Origin: a virus
IMG/VR virus record: IMGVR_UViG_3300045988_032442
Span: 1-14,324 of that record
Strand: one strand, 5' to 3'
Length of the DNA: 14,324 nt
Shown: positions 7,399 through 13,683 of the stretch, piece after piece
Layout of the letters: each line of letters starts with the position of its first letter
How positions within the stretch are numbered: the stretch's first letter is position 1
Position numbers and translations under genes: made by a program
Notes under the pieces: generated by a model
What the model was told of the DNA's origin: nothing
Seen by the model: only the letters and a program-made list of their open reading frames with translations
The model's database searches: none

Positions 7399-7782
7399 TT
7401 ACTTCACTTCCTTTCCATAGGTCGGGTCGATAATACGGGCCGTCACTGTATCGGCGTTGGCCGTAGGCTGCTGCTGGATGCCCAGGCCCAGCGCGTTGGC
7501 CTGCAGTGTCTGTGTCATAGCCTGCATGGCCTGGGCGCTGGTCTGCTGGCCCTGCAAAATCTGCTGCAACAGGGTCTCGAGGCCGTCATACTGCGGCGCG
7601 GGCTGCGGTGCGGGCTGCGGCACGGGCTGCGGAGCGGGCTGCGGCGTGGGCTGCGGAGCGGGCTGCGGAGCGGGCTGCGGAGCGGGCTGCGGAGCGGGCT
7701 GCGGCGTGGGCCTCTCCATCGCTTCAATTTCTGCTTTGGTGTATCCGGCCATTGCGAGGGCCGCCTTTTCACTGATTTTCAA
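7399..7782 (-). CDS. Scaffolding protein candidate
   Basis: 127-aa ORF immediately upstream of the capsid gene, the phi29 gp7 position. TTG start with GGAGG 9 nt upstream; an alternative ATG lies 10 codons downstream. Has a helical Q/A/L-rich C-terminal half and a (PQPx) linker. Confidence 0.55.
   Translation of the reverse strand: MKISEKAALAMAGYTKAEIEAMERPTPQPAPQPAPQPAPQPAPQPTPQPAPQPVPQPAPQPAPQYDGLETLLQQILQGQQTSAQAMQAMTQTLQANALGLGIQQQPTANADTVTARIIDPTYGKEVK
7591..7712 (-). repeat. 12-bp tandem repeat (GGGCTGCGGNGC, about 10 units) encoding (Pro-Gln-Pro-Ala/Thr/Val) repeats
   Basis: Visible periodic gggctgcgg units. It translates on the minus strand as TPQPAPQPAPQPAPQPAPQPTPQPAPQPVPQPAPQPAPQ. 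Confidence 0.95.
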
Positions 7783-8002
7783 CTTTAGTTGCCTCCATTA
7801 CAACGTACGTGTCATGTGCCAAACACTCAACGATCTTGTCTTTGTCTCCTTTGGAAAGTGGCCCCACCGCGCAGCACTGCCGCGTATGGGTGGCGTTTGC
7901 CCAGTCGCTATAATAGGTAACATTTAAACGAGTGCACCGGTCAGCCAGCAGAAACGCACGCTCGTTTGTGATCGACTGGGCAAAAATGATATAACAACCC
8001 AT
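7769..8002 (-). CDS. Hypothetical 77-aa protein (five Cys)
   Basis: ORF with AAGGAGAG 6 nt upstream of the ATG at 8002. It is tightly packed between two minus-strand genes and overlaps the scaffold start by 14 nt. No motif recognised. Confidence 0.55.
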   Translation of the reverse strand: MGCYIIFAQSITNERAFLLADRCTRLNVTYYSDWANATHTRQCCAVGPLSKGDKDKIVECLAHDTYVVMEATKVENQ

Positions 8003-8004
8003 GG

Positions 8005-8163
8005 TTAACTCTCCTTCTTGATGTCGTCCAGAGCAAGTCGCATCTCGGTAATAGCCGCCGTGTTCTCCTTAACGACGGTGTTGCACTGATACCACATCAG
8101 CAGAAACGCTGCAATCGGAAATCCCACGTTAGAAATAGTCTGAATCACAGTATTAGCGTCCAT
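8005..8163 (-). CDS. Small membrane protein, YvrJ-family-like (holin candidate); below the ORF-track size cutoff
   Basis: Hand translation gives MDANTVIQTISNVGFPIAAFLLMWYQCNTVVKENTAAITEMRLALDDIKKES (52 aa). AAGGAGG lies 9 nt upstream of the ATG at 8161-8163, and the stop TAA at 8005-8007 lies 2 nt before the next start. ISNVGFPIA plus a hydrophobic helix and a charged helix matches my memory of the YvrJ family. Confidence 0.6.
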   Translation of the reverse strand: MDANTVIQTISNVGFPIAAFLLMWYQCNTVVKENTAAITEMRLALDDIKKES

Positions 8164-8177
8164 TTTGTGCACCTCCT

Positions 8178-8260
8178 TACAAATACAAGTAAATCCCCGG
8201 TTCTTGCGCTGGCTGACGCATGCCCACCCCTTCTGGGGGCTGCCTAGGGCGCCGGGGATT
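8178..8260 (-). promoter_or_regulatory. Structured RNA (putative three-way junction closed by a 9-bp stem) with a 3' U-rich tract, between the late promoter and the first late RBS
   Basis: On the minus-strand RNA, AAUCCCCGG (8260-8252) pairs with CCGGGGAUU (8200-8192). The enclosed 51 nt can form a CCCC/GGGG plus GCCC/GGGC hairpin and a short GCG/CGC hairpin. UUACUUGUAUUUGU follows the closing stem. The plus strand also has a T-run (ATTATTTTT) after the stem. Confidence 0.45.
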
Positions 8261-8266
8261 ATTTTT

Positions 8267-8295
8267 AGTATATACTACTCTTTAAAAAAAGTCAA
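8267..8295 (-). promoter_or_regulatory. Sigma-70/SigA-type promoter for the late (morphogenesis/lysis) block
   Basis: On the minus strand: TTGACT (8295-8290), a 17-nt spacer, then TATACT (8272-8267). The -35 element overlaps the ATPase stop codon. Confidence 0.55.
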
Positions 8296-9353
8296 GTACC
8301 GCAATACTCACGAAAGAAAATTTCATCCGAGTAACGCTCAAATTCAAGTTGCCGCTGCAAGTAAGCGGGCCAGATGTACCCATATGCGGCCCTGAATCGC
8401 TTTCGCTCATATTCGCCGGTGCCGTACATGGGCATATCACCCGACCGGTGCCGACACACATAGTACAGTGGTTTGCTTTTGTGCTCATAGATGCAACAGC
8501 GCCCAATCTGAACAAGCGGATAATATTCACGGAGCGGCCGAGACACCACTAGACTTTTCTCTTCGGCGCTGTATTGGTTTTCAATAGCAGACCTGTAAAA
8601 GTCGGTGCCGCTCATAGACCTATAGAGAGCTGTATCTGCTTTCTCTTTGGCTATGGGGCTGTCAACTAAATCGATCAATAGAACACCTTTATCTGCCAAC
8701 AGCTTGACGCGCTCTTTCTTGCCTATCATCTTCTCTACAATATCTGTAATCTCCCATTGCATATAATAGGGGTTGGCCATGCCGACGGCATTGGACATAC
8801 ATAACAACGTCAAGGGCTTTTTCCCTTGCAACTCGCGGTTACGGTTGACCGTTTCATAGATATTAGCAAGGCCCACGCCCTCCCCGCGCCGATAATAGTC
8901 CGACTCTTCTTTTTGGTACTCGTCCAAAATGATGATGTTAGTGTGGGGACTTGAAAAACCACGGGTTCGGGCCAGGGTGACGACGCTCCCCACAACTCCG
9001 GCCATCTGCGCAGGCTTAATGGGTGCCCCTGTATCAGTGTAGGCCCCTGCGTTGCCCACTTCATAGAGACCCGCAATTTTAGGCAATTTAAAAGGGGCGT
9101 AATGGGTTTGCAAATCATCATTCAACGGAGACCACGGCCACATACTGGGTGACGCGCAGATAAGTTCCGCTTGCTGCGGCGTGCGGCGCAGATACAAAAA
9201 TTCGTCCCCGGTCTGGTGGACGTGCTTTAGCGCTCCATAGGTCTTTCCGGTACCACGTCCGCCCCATATAAAAATGATCGGGGCCCCGGTTGACAAGATG
9301 CCATCCTTTTCGGAGAAATTAGGCCATCCATCATCTGTGTATAGTTTAATCAT
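8292..9353 (-). CDS. DNA encapsidation (packaging) ATPase, phi29 gp16-like
   Basis: The ATG at 9351-9353 overlaps the upstream stop (ATGATTAA); the ORF-track start at 9389 is a TTG without an RBS. Walker A is WGGRGTGKTYG and Walker B is IIILDEYQKEE. LCMSNAVGMANPYY resembles gp16 CLSNAVSVVNPYF, and FLYLRRT resembles FIYVRRY (phi29 sequences recalled from memory). Confidence 0.88.
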   Translation of the reverse strand: MIKLYTDDGWPNFSEKDGILSTGAPIIFIWGGRGTGKTYGALKHVHQTGDEFLYLRRTPQQAELICASPSMWPWSPLNDDLQTHYAPFKLPKIAGLYEVGNAGAYTDTGAPIKPAQMAGVVGSVVTLARTRGFSSPHTNIIILDEYQKEESDYYRRGEGVGLANIYETVNRNRELQGKKPLTLLCMSNAVGMANPYYMQWEITDIVEKMIGKKERVKLLADKGVLLIDLVDSPIAKEKADTALYRSMSGTDFYRSAIENQYSAEEKSLVVSRPLREYYPLVQIGRCCIYEHKSKPLYYVCRHRSGDMPMYGTGEYERKRFRAAYGYIWPAYLQRQLEFERYSDEIFFREYCGT

Positions 9354-10014
9354 ACAAACACCCCCACTGTTCGGCCATAGCTGCGGCAATACCTGAAAAC
9401 GTTTTGCTTCTTATTTTTGGGTCTCTTTCTTTTCTGCCTTGAAATTTTCTGTATTTTCCGTGCGCATCTTTGCAACCGCCATTTACATATGGTTCGTGCT
9501 TTTTAATAATTGCTGTTGGTTTAAGGGGACTAATGCCTTTCAACCACAAACAAGTTCGCTTACTGAATGGATGCCCGAATTGGTAAGGCTGTATTGCTTG
9601 TGTATATTCTGGCAATCCAATAATTTTCATTGGCGTCGGATTTTCAATAGCAATTCTACTACATTTTGCGTTATAAAATCGCATAAAAAACGCTTTAGCC
9701 TCCAGGGCTTTATTGTACCGCTCTTGCACTATCTGGCCCTTAACCCTCATCCGTACAGCACCGGCATTTGTCATGTACGTGCAGGGAGGAAACGCAATAA
9801 TCATATCCCATTCGCCAATTATTATATGTAACATGCCATCAATTGTAGTAAACGTACAATTTCCGTTAATCAGAGGCAAAACGTCCCCCAATATATGCCA
9901 TTCAGGACGCCCCCCGGATGGCTCTTTAATATCTGCACTATATGCTTCATGCCCACGTTCCCGGAACGCTTTACACACAGTCTGTGATTCTTCGCAAGCT
10001 ACTAAAACTTTCAT
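9346..10014 (-). CDS. DNA cytosine-C5-methyltransferase-like protein (tentative)
   Basis: 222-aa ORF whose ATG lies 1 nt after the polymerase stop, with GGAGG 9 nt upstream. AFPPCTY (Pro-Cys, motif IV-like) and IAIENP (ENV-like motif VI) are present. The N-terminus MKVLVACEESQ...GHEAYS.D resembles a phage family often annotated as a cytosine methylase. There is no canonical FxGxG motif. Confidence 0.5.
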   Translation of the reverse strand: MKVLVACEESQTVCKAFRERGHEAYSADIKEPSGGRPEWHILGDVLPLINGNCTFTTIDGMLHIIIGEWDMIIAFPPCTYMTNAGAVRMRVKGQIVQERYNKALEAKAFFMRFYNAKCSRIAIENPTPMKIIGLPEYTQAIQPYQFGHPFSKRTCLWLKGISPLKPTAIIKKHEPYVNGGCKDAHGKYRKFQGRKERDPKIRSKTFSGIAAAMAEQWGCLYD

Positions 10015-10015
10015 A

Positions 10016-12106
10016 TCATAATACCTCCATAATCTTGTACCCGAGTATCTTTGCGTATTCGTCGGTTATTCCCAACGTGTAGGTATTATCACAAATACAC
10101 AGGTTTCTTGTTATATGAACCGTATGCCCGTCAACCACAAAATCCGGCACACGGGGCCTGTCATTATAAATAACCTGGTTTCCTGCGGCAAGACAAAACG
10201 TAAAGCCGGGCTTGAATGCTTCAAAACCACCCCAGAGGGCCAGCTCCAAACCTCCCTTCCGCTTGCTAACTCCTGCTATAGTGGTAGTGATCGGCCCGCC
10301 TTTTTTATAGGTAGTTGCGTATTTTTTAGCGCCCCAAGTCATAAACTCCGCGTAGCAGCGCTCCTGCTCGTACACGCCCATGTAATGGGTATTGCCTTTT
10401 GGGTCTGCAGCGCAAGCACCGGTATCTTTTGCAAGCTGCTTTACGGCTTTGTTAAAGTCCGACAAATCAATATTGCCCATGTACTTAACAGAATCAGTAT
10501 CGCAATACACGCCATTTCTGCCCGCGGCCCATTGCGCTATTTTTAGGCGCTTGCGAGTGTGAGCCGTTGTCCATACGCCCCATTGGTACGGCAGGAACAA
10601 ATGCGGGCGGTGGTCGTTATAACTGCCCTCCGGGTCGTCGGTGCATTCGCTCCAGAGATTGTCGAGGTCGTCCTCATCAAAAAGTGTGTCCAGCTGCAAG
10701 GGGTCCTGTGCTGTCATACCGTAGTAGCTGTTAAGGTCGCCCTTAGCTTTGACATAATACAAATCTTGACCGGCTACACCTTTAAGGGATGTCTTGCCGG
10801 TGTAGCTCTCTTTGACGCAATCCGTCAGGGGCTTTGGCAGTTTGCCATAATCGGACGTATACAGGTCCAGAACGTTAAGGGCATCCCAGTCATACTCTTT
10901 TGCAATGATTCTAAAATCTATATCTGTTATGGTGATCTCGAAATGTTCAGCAGACAGCAAACGGCCATTGTCGTTTATGTATCCTTCACAATGCCGAACT
11001 TTTGCAAGCGGGATATAGGGGAATCCCCACCACTTAAAACGCTGGCGCAAACCTTTTACTTGCAAGCGCATCAAACACGCCTTGCCGTGTTTCATACATT
11101 GCATCAGCCGCTCGACGGTGGCCGGTTCCTGCCTAAATGGAGTCATCGGAAAGTAACATTCACATTGCACGGCGGGGTACGCGCTCGACATATCCACGGA
11201 ACCGACGTCTTCCAGATGGAGCCCCACATAATACCGATTGGCGTGGGTGTCACCGCCTCGGAATGCCTCGCGCAGCATTTGATACAATTCCCACGACGGC
11301 AAAAGGCGCTTGACCCGTTTAATGCCCCATTTATACATAGCTTCACGGGCCATCCGTCTGACATAGCCGGTGCGCGTCAGGGGTAATGTATACAGGTCGT
11401 CCCCGTCTCGCTTCATCTCGATTAACAGGCACTCCACAATGCACCGAACATCGTTGATGCAATACGCTAATTCTGTAGACGTTAAGGGCGTCCAGGGATA
11501 CCGGACCTTTGAGTAATCGAGTGTGCCGGTTAATTTGGCATGAGGGGCCCCCAGCTGCTTGCCCCAAGCATCAAGGGACATGTTGCTGTGTCTCATACTG
11601 CACCGGTATTCAATAGCTCGGTTGTCACATTTTAAAACCCTGCGGGGCTTGCTGGCGAACACATCGCCCGGGCCGAAATCCAAAACGCCCGACAGATATT
11701 GGAATTCATGGGCAAGATTATGGACGTACATACACAGATACCAGTCACCCGATGGCCCGCTGATGGCTTGCAAGTAGTCGCTGATCGCACCTGTAAAATT
11801 CAACCACTCATCCCACGTCCTGCCGATAATGGTAATATCTAAACCCAGCTGACATTGCCAGATATACATAATGGTGTGGGGGTTGTCGTCGGCGTCAATA
11901 CATACTCGGCTCGTCTCAATATCAAACGCGCAAGGCATATCCACATACAATCGTTTTTTGTTTGTTTTGCGCTTCTTGCCTTTTGTGTGCTTGCGGTCCA
12001 GGTGCTCCATAAGCCAGGGGACAGGATTGTAATTACAAGCCTCCTCCAAAACCTCCGCGCAGGTCGGCAGAGCTGCTCCCCTCGCTGTAGTCCCATTCTG
12101 TGCCAT
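10016..12106 (-). CDS. Protein-primed family-B DNA polymerase
   Basis: Exo I is FDIETS, Exo II-like is HNLAHEF, and Exo III is YCINDV. Motif A is DMSSAYPA, motif B is KGDLNSYYG, motif C is YCDTDSV, and KxY is GAKKYA. The preferred start is the ATG at 12106 (GGTGAGG 6 nt upstream); the GTG at 12118 is an alternative. It overlaps the upstream gene by about 74 nt. Confidence 0.93.
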   Translation of the reverse strand: MAQNGTTARGAALPTCAEVLEEACNYNPVPWLMEHLDRKHTKGKKRKTNKKRLYVDMPCAFDIETSRVCIDADDNPHTIMYIWQCQLGLDITIIGRTWDEWLNFTGAISDYLQAISGPSGDWYLCMYVHNLAHEFQYLSGVLDFGPGDVFASKPRRVLKCDNRAIEYRCSMRHSNMSLDAWGKQLGAPHAKLTGTLDYSKVRYPWTPLTSTELAYCINDVRCIVECLLIEMKRDGDDLYTLPLTRTGYVRRMAREAMYKWGIKRVKRLLPSWELYQMLREAFRGGDTHANRYYVGLHLEDVGSVDMSSAYPAVQCECYFPMTPFRQEPATVERLMQCMKHGKACLMRLQVKGLRQRFKWWGFPYIPLAKVRHCEGYINDNGRLLSAEHFEITITDIDFRIIAKEYDWDALNVLDLYTSDYGKLPKPLTDCVKESYTGKTSLKGVAGQDLYYVKAKGDLNSYYGMTAQDPLQLDTLFDEDDLDNLWSECTDDPEGSYNDHRPHLFLPYQWGVWTTAHTRKRLKIAQWAAGRNGVYCDTDSVKYMGNIDLSDFNKAVKQLAKDTGACAADPKGNTHYMGVYEQERCYAEFMTWGAKKYATTYKKGGPITTTIAGVSKRKGGLELALWGGFEAFKPGFTFCLAAGNQVIYNDRPRVPDFVVDGHTVHITRNLCICDNTYTLGITDEYAKILGYKIMEVL

Positions 12107-12632
12107 AGTTGACCTCACCTTGCTGCCACTTTACAAAATCGTCGATACTGACGTTATAGCCGCCTTTCTCGCGCCAATACATGACCGGTTGGTCAGACGG
12201 ATAGTAATACACGCCCGACGCCTTCACGATCTCCCACCATTCAGACAGGGCCGTGTATTGTTCCTCGGGCACGTCGGCAATGTCAATACCACCGACTTTC
12301 ATTTTTCGCTCAAATTCTGCACGCGCCCCTCCAACGGTGGAACCCTTTGAACGAACAAACCGCGCAACATCCGCAAGGGCCTGTTCCAATGCTTTTCGGT
12401 CTCCTCGCATTGCTTTTAATGTCGGGAATCCCCCGGCAAACTCTTTATAAACGTCGCTTGTGCCGCTGATGGGGTCTTTTGATAGGCGCTTAATACGTTT
12501 CTGCGCAATGTCGCGCAGTCGAGTGTATTCTTTTCGCATCTGATTATCAGGCCAAGACTCCAAAGCGTAGGGGGTGTACAGCTCTGGACTGTATTTGAGG
12601 GTTGCGCTTGCTTTAGCTGCGCCTACTGCCAT
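12033..12632 (-). CDS. Terminal protein candidate (replication primer)
   Basis: 199-aa ORF immediately upstream of, and overlapping, the polymerase gene, as in phi29 (gene 3-gene 2) and PRD1 (VIII-I). The genome has ITR ends. AAAGGAG lies upstream of the ATG at 12632. The C-terminus is acidic and Ser/Gly/Tyr-rich. No sequence motif recognised. Confidence 0.5.
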   Translation of the reverse strand: MAVGAAKASATLKYSPELYTPYALESWPDNQMRKEYTRLRDIAQKRIKRLSKDPISGTSDVYKEFAGGFPTLKAMRGDRKALEQALADVARFVRSKGSTVGGARAEFERKMKVGGIDIADVPEEQYTALSEWWEIVKASGVYYYPSDQPVMYWREKGGYNVSIDDFVKWQQGEVNYGTEWDYSEGSSSADLRGGFGGGL

Positions 12633-12843
12633 GCTTCTTCCGCTCCTTTCTATTCATAATCATATAATACCAGTTGAGGGGGTCTGCTTCAATGCCTAGG
12701 ACGTTAAAAATGATTTTAGCCCATTCAGATCGGAAAAATTCAACATCTTTGTTTGTGACTCCACTGTATACAATAGCAGAGGCAAGATATACCATGGAGT
12801 CATCGCAGTTCAGCAAGGTTAGTCGGTTATCTGTAATTTTCAT
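12613..12843 (-). CDS. Hypothetical 76-aa protein (phi29 gene 4 position)
   Basis: GGAGG lies 4 nt upstream of the ATG at 12843. The ORF overlaps the next gene by 20 nt and has a basic C-terminus, NRKERKKHGSRRS. Function unknown. Confidence 0.6.
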   Translation of the reverse strand: MKITDNRLTLLNCDDSMVYLASAIVYSGVTNKDVEFFRSEWAKIIFNVLGIEADPLNWYYMIMNRKERKKHGSRRS

Positions 12844-12850
12844 GGGGCCT

Positions 12851-12887
12851 CCTATAATAAATAAGGCCGCCGCATTGCGGCGGCCTT
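12851..12887 (-). terminator. Perfect 11-bp GC-rich hairpin with a modest U-tract (partial terminator or mRNA-stabilising hairpin) after the SSB-like gene
   Basis: AAGGCCGCCGC (12863-12873), loop ATT, GCGGCGGCCTT (12877-12887). On the minus strand it is followed by AUUUAUUAUAGG, which runs into the next RBS. Confidence 0.55.
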
Positions 12888-12895
12888 TGGTTAGA

Positions 12896-13330
12896 TTAAA
12901 CCAGATTCAAAGACAAAACCTGCCCTTTTTTGGTGCTGATAAGAACAGGTTTGATTTTCACCGGCTCCGTCCACGTGTCAGGGGTCCCTAGCAGCGTAAA
13001 CATACGCTTCAAAGACTGATACACGCCGACGGAGACGCAGGCGTACGACTGCCCGTCATCGGTAATGAGGACGACACGCGGGGCAATCGTTTTGCCCTCG
13101 GGAACGTCGTCCTTGCTGACCTCCACACACTCCACGGAGACATGAACCAGCGACAGAACCTCGTTGACGTGCTCCTTAAGCTTGTTGGCGGGGTTGCTGG
13201 TCGCGTTGTAGAAGGCAACCGCGACAGCACGGTCAGAAAGATTCATGTCGGTGTACCCGACCCCGGTGTTCATCACGTCGGACACCATCATAGCACCAGT
13301 GTTTTCGGACTTCATCATTGCTTCGGACAT
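12896..13330 (-). CDS. Single-stranded DNA-binding protein candidate (phi29 gene 5 position)
   Basis: 144-aa ORF with AAGGAG 9 nt upstream of the ATG at 13330. The sequence is beta-rich (VSVECVEV..., RVVLITDDGQSYACVSVGVYQSL, PVKIKPVLISTKKGQVLSLNLV), compatible with an OB-like fold. Its position is upstream of the TP/pol genes. The assignment rests on synteny and composition only. Confidence 0.35.
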   Translation of the reverse strand: MSEAMMKSENTGAMMVSDVMNTGVGYTDMNLSDRAVAVAFYNATSNPANKLKEHVNEVLSLVHVSVECVEVSKDDVPEGKTIAPRVVLITDDGQSYACVSVGVYQSLKRMFTLLGTPDTWTEPVKIKPVLISTKKGQVLSLNLV

Positions 13331-13353
13331 AATACAAAACTCCTTTCAATATG

Positions 13354-13408
13354 TGCCCTGTCTCATCAGTACCGGGCGGGCAGTCCCGGTAGACGGCCCG
13401 GAGGCCGT
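13354..13408 (-). promoter_or_regulatory. Two adjacent GC-rich hairpins in the leader of the SSB-like gene, with possible loop-to-downstream pairing
   Basis: H1 is ACGGCC/GGCCGT (13393-13408). H2 is TACCGGG/CCCGGTA (13370-13391). The H2 loop UGCCC is complementary to GGGCA at 13354-13358. There is no U-tract on the minus strand, but the plus strand has TTCGACTTTTATTTTT (13409-13424) after H1. Confidence 0.4.
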
Positions 13409-13416
13409 TTCGACTT

Positions 13417-13683
13417 TTATTTTTGGAGATACTCACGGTAGCAGGATTCAACCGCATCGCGGACCTTGGCAGCACTCTGGTACATGAGCTGGGACGACAG
13501 GCAGGTGTTCTTGTTTGCCTCCAGGGTTCTCACTTGCTCATTGCAATGTATGAGAGCTTGCTTGAATCCGGCCAACCATGCACGATCATTGGAGGTCCTG
13601 TATCTGTCGTCGGGCTCCTCATATTCGCAACAAATCAGCGTGCCATCGGGGCGTACCTCGATGATGAATTTACGCATCTCCAT
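13417..13683 (-). CDS. Hypothetical 88-aa protein (phi29 gene 6 position); start revised from the ORF track
   Basis: GAAAGGAG (13700-13693) lies 9 nt upstream of the ATG at 13681-13683 (MEMRKFIIEV...). The ORF-track start at 13761 has no RBS and would run through the better-supported 59-aa ORF. Confidence 0.55.
   Translation of the reverse strand: MEMRKFIIEVRPDGTLICCEYEEPDDRYRTSNDRAWLAGFKQALIHCNEQVRTLEANKNTCLSSQLMYQSAAKVRDAVESCYREYLQK

Noticed and set aside
8282-8530. Minus-strand 82-aa ORF overlapping the 3' end of the ATPase gene and the late promoter.
   Set aside because: It is an alternative frame of the ATPase gene, with no RBS and no recognisable features. The region is already explained by the ATPase C-terminus and the promoter.
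9354-9389. Upstream TTG start giving a 365-aa ATPase, as in the ORF track.
   Set aside because: The ATG at 9353 overlaps the upstream stop in a typical ATGA-type coupling arrangement. The extra 12 residues have no RBS and lie inside the methyltransferase-like gene.
12853-12858. Perfect TATAAT on the plus strand just before the 12863-12887 hairpin, possibly an antisense promoter.
   Set aside because: The -35 region (TCTGTA) is poor. The hexamer is the complement of the AT-rich spacer next to the minus-strand RBS, and there is no downstream plus-strand ORF.
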